A DNA stretch of 64,000 nucleotides from an uncultured virus (IMG/VR IMGVR_UViG_3300021093_000048) (Duplodnaviria; Heunggongvirae; Uroviricota; Caudoviricetes). The notes under the pieces were generated by a model, which worked only from the letters and a program-made list of their open reading frames with translations, was not told where the DNA came from and searched no databases. This document shows, in pieces, positions 9,445 to 17,842 of the stretch. The stretch lies in IMG/VR virus record IMGVR_UViG_3300021093_000048; one strand, written 5' to 3'. Both the position numbers and the translations under genes were made by a program. How positions within the stretch are numbered: position 1 is the first letter of the stretch; every line of letters starts with the position of its first letter.

Positions 9445-9482
9445 TTGATCTTCTCCGTTAAGCATTTACTGTTGTCTATGTT

Positions 9483-9490
9483 TATTTATA
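9483..9490 (-). promoter_or_regulatory. T4 consensus late promoter TATAAATA for gp22-gp23
   Basis: Exact consensus in the gp21/gp22 intergenic gap. Confidence 0.85.
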
Positions 9491-9492
9491 AA

Positions 9493-10137
9493 TTACAAAC
9501 TCTTCAAAAATTTTTGAAACGCGGAAATTTTGCGCTCTTGAATATTGATAAGAGTTGCGGCATCTAACTCACGTTTAATTTGAGATACATGAGCTTCTTT
9601 TAAGATGCCATTGTCCCACACCCACTCTTTTCCTTCCATAATTCCATCAACAAATGCATCAGGAGCAGAAGGATCTGCTACAATATCAGCAGCAGTGGCA
9701 AGCATGAAGTCATCAGCAACAACGTTGCAACCTTCTTGCTTAATTAGAGATCCCATTCCACGGGAAGAAACCCCCAATCTAATACCCTCATCGAGTAAAT
9801 TCTTAGCGATATTACCCATAGGAGTATCGAGAATTTTTGCCTTACCAATGAAGTTATTGCCTTCTTGATTTAGACTCATAATTTTGTGGGATACGCGATC
9901 TAGATTAATTGTTGGACCATCAGGATGTCCCAACTCTCCTAAAGCACGACCTTTTTGGATGTAATCGTTATCGTATTTAGCAACTTCTCTCGATAAAGTG
10001 CTAATTTTATACATTCTGTTATTGCGGTTTTTCATTTCCGCTTGAAGAAAAACTCCTTCAATGTAGTACTTTTTCTTCCCTTCTACTTCTTCTGAGATAA
10101 ACTCAACATAAGTTACCTCTTCACTGATAAGTTTCAT
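9493..10137 (-). CDS. gp21: Prohead maturation protease gp21
   Basis: ALGELGHP (His), GVSSRGMGS (Ser) and DIVADPSAPDA motifs. Confidence 0.96.
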   Translation of the reverse strand: MKLISEEVTYVEFISEEVEGKKKYYIEGVFLQAEMKNRNNRMYKISTLSREVAKYDNDYIQKGRALGELGHPDGPTINLDRVSHKIMSLNQEGNNFIGKAKILDTPMGNIAKNLLDEGIRLGVSSRGMGSLIKQEGCNVVADDFMLATAADIVADPSAPDAFVDGIMEGKEWVWDNGILKEAHVSQIKRELDAATLINIQERKISAFQKFLKSL

Positions 10138-10435
10138 CGGATTCTTCCTCTTCTGTGGTGTCTAGTTCTTCTGGGGGATCATATGGCATCCGACCATCAA
10201 CTTCAACATCCTCGGGGGATTCATCACCAGTTGGTAACTCGTCGGCAAGCTCATCCGCAACTTGTTGTGCGGTATCTTCCAAATCAAAACCCATGGTCTT
10301 TGCAAATTCCAACTTTTGTTGTTGAATTAAATCATAGGTATATGAAGAAAATGCATCATTGGCGGCATCTAAAGCACCTGCTTTATCATCACCAAAAATA
10401 CGATTAACAATTTCTTGTGCAATATCAGAAGGCAT
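10121..10435 (-). CDS. Small acidic protein in the position of T4 prohead core gp67/gp68
   Basis: 104 aa with a highly acidic C-terminus, between the portal and protease genes. Confidence 0.65.
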   Translation of the reverse strand: MPSDIAQEIVNRIFGDDKAGALDAANDAFSSYTYDLIQQQKLEFAKTMGFDLEDTAQQVADELADELPTGDESPEDVEVDGRMPYDPPEELDTTEEEESDETYQ

Positions 10436-10459
10436 AATATGATAATATAATTACTTAGT

Positions 10460-10471
10460 TATTTATTTATT
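10460..10471 (-). promoter_or_regulatory. Late promoter, overlapping tandem AATAAATA motifs
   Basis: TATTTATTTATT on the plus strand, about 25 nt upstream of the ATG at 10435. Confidence 0.65.
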
Positions 10472-12078
10472 TAGAATTCTGCTCTTTTTACATCTGCTGG
10501 GTCAATTTCTGGAGTTTCTTCAGCAGTTGAAGCTGCAGGTAATGCAGCAGCAGATTGGTCAATCGGTTGTCCAGTTGCAGGATCTACCGCATTTGGATCT
10601 ACAATCGTACCATCATTCATTTCTTTATCAATTTGTTTATCAATCTCTTTTATTTCAACATCAGTCTGTTTTAAAATCTGACGACGAATATATTCTGCGG
10701 AGAAGTATTTACCTACATAAGGATCCATTGCACTAACTAGATTTAGTCTTTCTGTGCGAATCTCAGTCTCTTTTAATTCTGAGAAATAATTATCAGCAAC
10801 ATAATCAAACTGAATATGTTCTTTAATATCTTCCCATTCTTCCATGGAAATGATACCTTTAAGAATTAATTGAGTTCTTAGAAGATCTGCAAATAATTCA
10901 GAAAAACGTTTTCTTAAACGCGCAATAAATTTTTGAAATTTAACTTCATCTCTGGTAATTTCTGCAGCGCGACCAATATTAAAAGTTGTTTCCGTTTCTA
11001 ATCTTGAAGATGGTACGTTAAGTGCTTTATAAAGTTTCTTTTGGAAATACTTAACATCTTCTAATTCTCCAAGATTTTGTCCGCCTGGGAGTGTAGTGAT
11101 TTCAGTCCCTCTACCACCTTCACGGCGAGGTAGCCAAAAATCTTCAAGCATTGACATAAACTTTTTATCGTCTTTAATTTCTCCAGTGTTTGCATCGTAT
11201 ACAAGTTTATTACGATAACGACCCATCACTTCGCGGAGATATTGCTCTGCTTTATTTTTGGGTAAATTACCAACATCGATATAAAAAATTCTACGCTCTG
11301 GAGCACGAGACAATCTGTAAATGACCAAAGAGTCTTCGATCATGCGGAGTTGATTTACTGCTTTAATTGCTTTATGGAGATGTGACAACACCATATTTGC
11401 ATTTAAATCCTGAATGCCAGAATGCACGTAGCAAATAGAATCTGTAGCAATTTTTAATCCTTGAGTTGTAGAGTTTTTCAATCCTTTTGGATCATATAGG
11501 TAATAATCTACAGATTTTGTAGTTAGAGCTTCATTGATAGCCAAACCTCTTAATTGCTCTGGTCTCTTTTGCTCATGCTCAGTGACTTTTCTAATTTTTC
11601 TAGGATCAATATAACGTAACTCAATCAATCCCTCTCTAGGATTATCTGGATTAATAACCTTGTGGTAAAATAGTCTACCATCTACATACCAACGACGAAA
11701 AATTTCATATGATCTATTATCAAAATCCAAAAGTCTTAGGATCTCATGAAACTCTTCTCTAATTAATTTTTTAATTTTATCAGAAACTTTGAGATTTGAT
11801 AACTCAACTTCTACTGGTACATCATCAAAGTTTCCGCAAATAGTCTCATTGACGATATCATCTACTGCGCTATCGCACTCTGGTTGTAAAACCATATCTC
11901 TATAACGAGAGATAAGTTGATATTCGTTTCTTACGACACCATCAAAGTCAACAGAATACCCATAGTATCCCCCACCCGATACTGGTTGCGATCCATCAAG
12001 ATCGTCTTTTTGCACGAAAGAAGGTCCCTTGGGGACCTTCTTTGCACGTTCCAATGAAAAACCAAACAGTTGTGACAT
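10471..12078 (-). CDS. gp20: Portal vertex protein gp20
   Basis: FRRWYVDGR, LVIYRLSRAPERRIFYIDVGNLPK and EDFWLPRREGGRGTEITTLPGGQNLG. Confidence 0.98.
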   Translation of the reverse strand: MSQLFGFSLERAKKVPKGPSFVQKDDLDGSQPVSGGGYYGYSVDFDGVVRNEYQLISRYRDMVLQPECDSAVDDIVNETICGNFDDVPVEVELSNLKVSDKIKKLIREEFHEILRLLDFDNRSYEIFRRWYVDGRLFYHKVINPDNPREGLIELRYIDPRKIRKVTEHEQKRPEQLRGLAINEALTTKSVDYYLYDPKGLKNSTTQGLKIATDSICYVHSGIQDLNANMVLSHLHKAIKAVNQLRMIEDSLVIYRLSRAPERRIFYIDVGNLPKNKAEQYLREVMGRYRNKLVYDANTGEIKDDKKFMSMLEDFWLPRREGGRGTEITTLPGGQNLGELEDVKYFQKKLYKALNVPSSRLETETTFNIGRAAEITRDEVKFQKFIARLRKRFSELFADLLRTQLILKGIISMEEWEDIKEHIQFDYVADNYFSELKETEIRTERLNLVSAMDPYVGKYFSAEYIRRQILKQTDVEIKEIDKQIDKEMNDGTIVDPNAVDPATGQPIDQSAAALPAASTAEETPEIDPADVKRAEF

Positions 12079-12104
12079 TATAATCTAATTAAGTTACCCT
12101 GATA

Positions 12105-12112
12105 TATTTATC
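12105..12112 (-). promoter_or_regulatory. Late promoter GATAAATA for gp20, embedded in a 9-bp inverted repeat (12096-12117)
   Basis: ACCCTGATA-TATT-TATCAGGGT. Confidence 0.7.
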
Positions 12113-12132
12113 AGGGTTAGAATTGGTGGGAA

Positions 12133-12714
12133 TTACTTATTAGGTGCTTCGGGTGCCCAATATTGGACTTGTAACTCAACAGTAAATTCTTCAATAGCAT
12201 CATTGTTTCCAAAGTCAAGATCAATAGCTGAAATATTGCTTGGGAAGACATTATAGAATCTGTAGGACTTGAGAAGTTTTGGTGCATCTCCATCCTTAAC
12301 ATCTCTAGCAAGTTGATGCACACTCATGTCTGCAAAGTATCCAGTTGAATCACTATTATCTCCTAGTGTACCAGCAGCAGTGAAGTTTTCATTTGCTGCT
12401 TGAATTGCATTTGCCCACAATTCAAATGCATTTCTAAGAGTAAACTTACTGTCATTCATAATAGTAATAGTCCATGGCTCAAATGTGCGATCTCCCGCGA
12501 TTTTAAGCACACGACCCCTGAAAGGTACTTCAATAACACCAATCTGTGAAGATGGTAGATTTGCTGCTCTTACAGTAAACTTGCCTAGAGTGGCAAGAGC
12601 TGACTCGTTGATAATTCCAGTTGGGAAGTTTAAATCACATTGGAATAGATTAGGTCTAGCAAAGTCACTAACTACGCTAGCCTTAAAATCATCAATTGTT
12701 CCTCTGATTGCCAT
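12133..12714 (-). CDS. gp19: Tail tube protein gp19
   Basis: ARPNLF, VPFRGR.LKIAGDRTFEPWTITI.ND and IEEFTVELQVQYW. Confidence 0.96.
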   Translation of the reverse strand: MAIRGTIDDFKASVVSDFARPNLFQCDLNFPTGIINESALATLGKFTVRAANLPSSQIGVIEVPFRGRVLKIAGDRTFEPWTITIMNDSKFTLRNAFELWANAIQAANENFTAAGTLGDNSDSTGYFADMSVHQLARDVKDGDAPKLLKSYRFYNVFPSNISAIDLDFGNNDAIEEFTVELQVQYWAPEAPNK

Positions 12715-12736
12715 TGTTTTTATGCTCCGTCTCTAA

Positions 12737-12744
12737 TATTTAGA
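12737..12744 (-). promoter_or_regulatory. Late promoter variant TCTAAATA for gp19
   Basis: Just upstream of the ACGGAG Shine-Dalgarno site and the gp19 ATG. Confidence 0.6.
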
Positions 12745-12760
12745 AAAATTGAAAATTTCA

Positions 12761-12782
12761 GAAGGGTCTAAACAGACCCCTC
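12761..12782 (-). terminator. Stem-loop after gp18 (terminator or mRNA-stabilising hairpin)
   Basis: GAGGGGTCT-GTTT-AGACCCTTC, followed by an interrupted T-rich tract. Confidence 0.6.
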
Positions 12783-12792
12783 AAGTGCTAGT

Positions 12793-15057
12793 TTAGTTAG
12801 CAACCTCGCTGAAGGATACTCCAGTTCTAGTTGCAATAAACGTTAGTGTGATGTAGTTGATTGTGCGAGTTGGTTTGATATAAATTTCAGCGTAGAATTC
12901 TCCGCGATCAATCGATTCTGGTGGGTTGTTTGATTCATCACACTTAACTAAGAAGTCAGTCACACCACGACGACCTTGGACATCACGGAGATATGGCTCG
13001 ACAATATTCAAGAATAGATTTCTTTGAGCTTCATCATTTTGCTCAAATAGTTGAGTCTTAGCAGCAGTGCCAATAACTCTCTCAATAACAAGGAATAGTC
13101 TACGGACATTGATACGATCAAATGCTGATGCATAACCCTGTGCGGTTTTGTCACCGAAGAGGACAATCCCTTGACCTGGGAAAGATACAACAGGATTAAT
13201 TCTATTTGCATAGAGTGTATCACGTTGAGTTTTATTTGGTGAGTATGCTAGTTTTACAGCATTTCTTAAAATTCCACGAGAGAATCCAGCAGGTGAAAAC
13301 CAAGGCTCTGCAAGTTCTCCAGTCTGTAAGCATAACCCAGCAATGTCTCCGTTACATGGGACATAACGATATACATCATTATACTTATCATAGATATACT
13401 TATAACCAGAATCAAAGATTGCATAATTTGATGCTGGCACTTGATTAAAGTAATTTACGATATTTGTTGTGATTGAATTTGTATCACTCAGTCCAATAAT
13501 ATCGCTTCTCTTTGGAGAGCAGAATACTAAACAGTCACGACGCTCTTCTACTAGGTTAATTAGGGTTGTTGCTTTTGCGATAGCAGCAGCATCATCAGCA
13601 CCTGCAGGACCAGAAAGAATAAAGTCAATGGTCTGTGATTCTGGATCGCTTACGAGCTCGTAAGATGCTGCAACATTTGTATTTGTAATGGAATAAACAC
13701 CAGAAGTAAGGCTATAGTTTACACCACCTTGTAATCTATAGAAGAATGTAGCATTATTCTTAGATCCAAGAGTTGCAATATTATCTGGATATGAAACTGT
13801 ACCATTAGCAGAGCGTAGAAGATTGAATCTTCTGTTTACGGAACTCTGACCCCAATTTCCATCCGATGGGGCGGCAGCATTTCCATTGAATGAAGCAGTT
13901 TCATGAGAACCCCAGAAAATATAACGTGATCTTTGCTTGATAACAGTCTTATAGTAGTTTACTTCACCAACAGAAGTTTTAGCATCAGTTGCTTTTGAAA
14001 GACCTAAGAATCTTTCTAATACTGTACCAGGATTGCCAGTGATCTTACCATCAATGTCAACAACTAAGATGTGCATCTCATCGTTTGATCCACCAACTCC
14101 AGCCGCATACAATGATGTGCCAGGACGTGCTCCAACGTTGATCCACTTAGATCCAGGAATATATTCGCGCTCTGCATATTCTGAACGGACAGAAGTTATA
14201 GTTACATTAGTGTCATTAGTATCTTTGATGACATGAGCTGCTGCAAATGCTGCTTTATAAGCATCTAGTCCAACATAGAGTAAACGCTCAACTCCAGAGG
14301 TTGCGATAGTTGCAGTATTAGTACCTTGTGCAACTGCTTGTCCTGCTCCAAGAATACCAGTGATTCCTCCTGATGGAAGTGCAACTTCCAAGATTTTATC
14401 TTCCGCTTTCCATGCAAGTACAGTTACGGCTTGGGCGGATCCACCAATTGTTACAGTTGTTCCAACTGCAGGTGTAAATGATCCAAGGACATTAGTAAGT
14501 GTTAAGCGAATTGAATATTTGTATACTTTACCTGCCGAAGCAGCAGAAGTTGTAGCAACTTCTTCGTCAGCAACAAATTCCCACTCATTACCAGATGCGG
14601 GAGCAGGTAGTTTGAGGATTTGGTCTGGACCAGCATCAGTTATGAAAACACCAACGGAATTTCCGAATCCTCCAGCGGTGCGTGACGCCCACTGCCACGA
14701 ATTTGAATTGCTATCTTCATAGGTTGTTTCATAATCCTGAAGATTTTTAACTAATACTGCGGTTGCACCAGGAGTTACAGCATTCTTTAATACTGAATCG
14801 CTAACACGAATAGTCTTTAAAATACCACCATATGATAAGAATTGGGAAGCGGTATACCAAAACTCATAGTTGTAATCGTCTGGTTGACCAAAAGTGCTAA
14901 CAAGTTGTCTTTCTGAAGAAATCTCGACAATTTCTGACACAGGACCTTGTGAAAATGGTGCTGCTAAAACACCAACATTAAAACCAATAGGCGTAGTTAC
15001 CGTAGTGAGATCTCTTTCCTGAATAACTACGCCTGGCGAAAGTTGAGTAGATGCCAT
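12793..15057 (-). CDS. gp18: Contractile tail sheath protein gp18
   Basis: SPGVVIQERDLT, YDKYNDVYRYVP.NGDIAGLC, PWFSPAG and AFDRINVRRLF. Confidence 0.97.
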   Translation of the reverse strand: MASTQLSPGVVIQERDLTTVTTPIGFNVGVLAAPFSQGPVSEIVEISSERQLVSTFGQPDDYNYEFWYTASQFLSYGGILKTIRVSDSVLKNAVTPGATAVLVKNLQDYETTYEDSNSNSWQWASRTAGGFGNSVGVFITDAGPDQILKLPAPASGNEWEFVADEEVATTSAASAGKVYKYSIRLTLTNVLGSFTPAVGTTVTIGGSAQAVTVLAWKAEDKILEVALPSGGITGILGAGQAVAQGTNTATIATSGVERLLYVGLDAYKAAFAAAHVIKDTNDTNVTITSVRSEYAEREYIPGSKWINVGARPGTSLYAAGVGGSNDEMHILVVDIDGKITGNPGTVLERFLGLSKATDAKTSVGEVNYYKTVIKQRSRYIFWGSHETASFNGNAAAPSDGNWGQSSVNRRFNLLRSANGTVSYPDNIATLGSKNNATFFYRLQGGVNYSLTSGVYSITNTNVAASYELVSDPESQTIDFILSGPAGADDAAAIAKATTLINLVEERRDCLVFCSPKRSDIIGLSDTNSITTNIVNYFNQVPASNYAIFDSGYKYIYDKYNDVYRYVPCNGDIAGLCLQTGELAEPWFSPAGFSRGILRNAVKLAYSPNKTQRDTLYANRINPVVSFPGQGIVLFGDKTAQGYASAFDRINVRRLFLVIERVIGTAAKTQLFEQNDEAQRNLFLNIVEPYLRDVQGRRGVTDFLVKCDESNNPPESIDRGEFYAEIYIKPTRTINYITLTFIATRTGVSFSEVAN

Positions 15058-15096
15058 ATTTAAACTCCTAGAAACGGTTCAGCGATTGTCTAAGAT

Positions 15097-15104
15097 TATT
15101 TATA
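15097..15104 (-). promoter_or_regulatory. T4 consensus late promoter TATAAATA for gp18
   Basis: Exact consensus in the gp17/gp18 gap. Confidence 0.85.
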
Positions 15105-15115
15105 TTTTTCAAACT

Positions 15116-16765
15116 TTACCTATACTCCCACATATATGACTTATCTCCGTATTCCGCAATCTGCCAAACATCTCCTTGGGCATCTTTGTAGTAATCTTGA
15201 CCCAATCCATCATCTATAAAACCAAAGGGTGCCATGTCTTGCTCAATTGCTTCTCTTTGATCTGCGTAAATTCTAGCTCTCACATCATTTTCATTTAATT
15301 CTTTGAAGTATGGTTGCATTGCCATCCATGCAAAAATAACCATGCACATTGCTAGGTCATCATTACAACCCTCTTCTGCTTGAAATGTACTTCCTTTCTG
15401 GATGAATGTTGTTAATTCTGCAATACAATCATAGTCTGGGATGATTAACTTATCGTCTTCAATCAACACTTTCAAATTTGAGCATCCCACATGCTTTACC
15501 GCAGTGCTCATTTTTATCCCAAGTTGTGTTTTCTTTCCTGAGAATCCTTGACCTAGTTGTTGCCCAGCTCTCCCACGCATTGCAACCATAAGTAAATTAT
15601 CATACTCTAAATCATATTGGATAATATCTGCTACTTGCCCACCAACATCATTGACTTCAACTAAAACAAATGCATGATTATAATTTCTAGCTACGTCTAC
15701 AATTACATTGGGAAATAGAATGGGTTTAATTTCATTATTTTTATATCTAGCAACTACTCGATACGGGATTGTAGTTGTATCAACCACCAAAAATGCAGAA
15801 TAATCTCCAGATACTCCTCTTGCAACGTCTGCCGTGATAACATATTGATGTCCCTCCTCCACCTTTTCATACATTGAAAGTCCGTTTTTTTCTGCAATGG
15901 GATCATGATATGCCATCATCCGCAATTTACTCGGACTGATTAGTGTATCTACTGATCCTAAAAATTCACACTCAAACTCAACTCTAAACTGTTGTGCTGA
16001 TGTGTTTTTAATAGTTTGTTCTTTCCACTTAGCATCCCTCCCTGGCACTTCAGACCAGTGGACTTCTGTAGGTAGATATTCATTCTTTCCTCTTTCTGCA
16101 TCATGCCAAAGTTTGTAAAACATATTCATCCCGTGCGGGGTTGAAATGATAATTACTTTTGTTGACTGACCAGAAGAAACAGTAGGATAAACAGAGCTGA
16201 AAAACTGGTCAGCGATATGATTCGGAACAAACGCGAATTCGTCCAAAAATATAACATTAAAGGACATACCACGGACAGCAGATGCGGAAGTAGAAGCAGC
16301 CAAGATTTTGCTTCCATTCTCCAATTCCAAACTACCTCTATTCCACTGGAGGATTCCTTGTTGCAACCACTTTGGAAGATTTTCATAACTCAATTGTAAT
16401 CGTTGTAGCATCTCACGAGCAGTAGCTGCTTTGTTTGCAAGAATTGCTACGTTAACATTTTGATTGAATAAAACAAACCACAACAAATACGAAGTTACAA
16501 TAGTTGATTTGCCAGACTGTCTTGGAAGTTTTGCAATATTAAAACGATTTTTATGAAACTTTTGCACCATTTCTTCTTGGAAATGATACATTTGAAATGG
16601 AATGAGTCCCTTATCAAGAGACACAATTTTTATATACTCTTTGATAAAATAAACAGGATCACCAGCACACTTTAAGTACTCTTGTATTTGATCTTGAGTA
16701 AACTCTTGAGCAACGTTTGCTTTCTTTAAATTTGGATTACCAAGATATACTTCATTATTACTCAT
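15116..16765 (-). CDS. gp17: Terminase large subunit gp17
   Basis: YLGNPNLK, Walker A PRQSGKST, Walker B IFLDEFAF, and nuclease motifs ADVARG...DYS and NDDL. No intein-sized insertion. Confidence 0.97.
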   Translation of the reverse strand: MSNNEVYLGNPNLKKANVAQEFTQDQIQEYLKCAGDPVYFIKEYIKIVSLDKGLIPFQMYHFQEEMVQKFHKNRFNIAKLPRQSGKSTIVTSYLLWFVLFNQNVNVAILANKAATAREMLQRLQLSYENLPKWLQQGILQWNRGSLELENGSKILAASTSASAVRGMSFNVIFLDEFAFVPNHIADQFFSSVYPTVSSGQSTKVIIISTPHGMNMFYKLWHDAERGKNEYLPTEVHWSEVPGRDAKWKEQTIKNTSAQQFRVEFECEFLGSVDTLISPSKLRMMAYHDPIAEKNGLSMYEKVEEGHQYVITADVARGVSGDYSAFLVVDTTTIPYRVVARYKNNEIKPILFPNVIVDVARNYNHAFVLVEVNDVGGQVADIIQYDLEYDNLLMVAMRGRAGQQLGQGFSGKKTQLGIKMSTAVKHVGCSNLKVLIEDDKLIIPDYDCIAELTTFIQKGSTFQAEEGCNDDLAMCMVIFAWMAMQPYFKELNENDVRARIYADQREAIEQDMAPFGFIDDGLGQDYYKDAQGDVWQIAEYGDKSYMWEYR

Positions 16766-16789
16766 AATTAATTATTTTTCCCATCGCCA

Positions 16790-16873
16790 TTATGTATATG
16801 CATTGTGCAGTCCCCAATAGATAAAGCATCCAATGGATAAAAATAATAATAAAGTTTTAATCAAAATTGTCAT
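16790..16873 (-). CDS. Putative 27-aa single-helix membrane peptide (MTILIKTLLLFLSIGCFIYWGLHNAYT), below the ORF-track cutoff
   Basis: ATG 16873 to TAA 16790. It fills the gap before gp17 and overlaps the end of the upstream ORF. Confidence 0.55.
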   Translation of the reverse strand: MTILIKTLLLFLSIGCFIYWGLHNAYT

Positions 16874-17042
16874 CTTTTAATATCTCCTCTATACGAGTAC
16901 GCATTCTTTGAGAATCACGTCTTATATAGCGTTGTGAATACCCATTATGCTGCTTCATTATCATGATTCCATGATAGGTCATTGTAGCAAGAAATATTAG
17001 TAAGAATGAGACCCCAATTATTTCAGTGTAATGTTGAGCCAT
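16857..17042 (-). CDS. Small membrane protein, hypothetical (61 aa)
   Basis: N-terminal hydrophobic helix and charged tail; tightly packed with its neighbours. Confidence 0.6.
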   Translation of the reverse strand: MAQHYTEIIGVSFLLIFLATMTYHGIMIMKQHNGYSQRYIRRDSQRMRTRIEEILKDDNFD

Positions 17043-17224
17043 GGTAGTACTGGTGGAATTACGCCTATAAGTCTTAAAAGTCCTTCAGCAAATAAAGCAA
17101 GGACAAACCAGCCAACAAACATAGAAATAATGGAAGCATTTCTATTATGCCGTCTTATGGCAGCATCAATCATCTCTTGACACTCTTTATGTGTTACTAA
17201 ATGTTCTGGTTTAATTTGATTCAT
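17018..17224 (-). CDS. Small membrane protein, hypothetical (68 aa, MNQIKPEHLVTHKECQEMIDAAIRRHNRNASIISM...)
   Basis: Start at 17224 forms an ATGA overlap with the upstream stop. C-terminal hydrophobic segment. Confidence 0.7.
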   Translation of the reverse strand: MNQIKPEHLVTHKECQEMIDAAIRRHNRNASIISMFVGWFVLALFAEGLLRLIGVIPPVLPWLNITLK

Positions 17225-17472
17225 TCTGTGGGCCACTGAAGTTTCTCTAATTTTAACCAACGATCTGCCCATGTTACTCCACTTGTAGATCCTTTGCAAG
17301 GATTTACACAATTTTTATCATTGACTACATTACAAACTAGTCCAGCTAAATCGTGGGGATCTCCTTCCTTCCCAGTGCCAGACCAATAGTGTTGACCATT
17401 TAACCAAATGGCACCACACTTAGGACATTCCTTTCTGTCAATTGACAGATCAGACAGTTCCTTATTTGTCAT
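17221..17472 (-). CDS. Small Cys-rich hypothetical protein (83 aa; CPKC...C...C.NPC), possibly metal-binding
   Basis: Start MTNKE at 17472; five cysteines including a CxxC. Confidence 0.7.
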   Translation of the reverse strand: MTNKELSDLSIDRKECPKCGAIWLNGQHYWSGTGKEGDPHDLAGLVCNVVNDKNCVNPCKGSTSGVTWADRWLKLEKLQWPTE

Positions 17473-17680
17473 TTTGTATTTCCTCAAAAATAGTAGAAAA
17501 ATTTGTAGGAGGGAAATTGAGTTGGTCTTCCAGCTTGCGCTTTATCCTCCACATTTGAAACTTAATACCTAGATAGCGAAGCTCCAAATCAATGTAAGCA
17601 AATACGCGCATAGTGCCCTCCCATCCAGCATACCAAACCATAAAAATAAGAATGAGGAGGAGTAAATATAATGCTACCAT
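17462..17680 (-). CDS. Small membrane-anchored hypothetical protein (72 aa)
   Basis: N-terminal transmembrane helix; first gene after the 17681-17842 intergenic region. Confidence 0.7.
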   Translation of the reverse strand: MVALYLLLLILIFMVWYAGWEGTMRVFAYIDLELRYLGIKFQMWRIKRKLEDQLNFPPTNFSTIFEEIQNDK

Positions 17681-17711
17681 TTAAGTATCGTCTCTATACA
17701 GTAGTATACTC

Positions 17712-17719
17712 TATTTACC
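17712..17719 (-). promoter_or_regulatory. Possible late promoter variant GGTAAATA for the small-ORF cluster and gp17
   Basis: TAAATA core about 30 nt upstream of the ATG at 17680. Confidence 0.45.
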
Positions 17720-17842
17720 AAAAAAATGTATTACAAAATATTACATTTTAATAAGTATTGCATATTGCTCTTATAAATTCTCCTTCTCACACAGAGTTTG
17801 AAAGATTATTAGAAATTACAAACACAATACTGTGTTACGATA

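Noticed and set aside
15116..16765. Intein or group I intron in gp17 (also checked gp20, gp23, uvsW and gp46)
   Set aside because: All are uninterrupted and of ordinary length, with no splicing or homing-endonuclease motifs.
17681..17842. NtcA box, tRNA or structured ncRNA in the largest intergenic gap
   Set aside because: The TGTA/TACA dyad has an 11-nt spacer rather than 8. No cloverleaf or GC-rich stems are visible.
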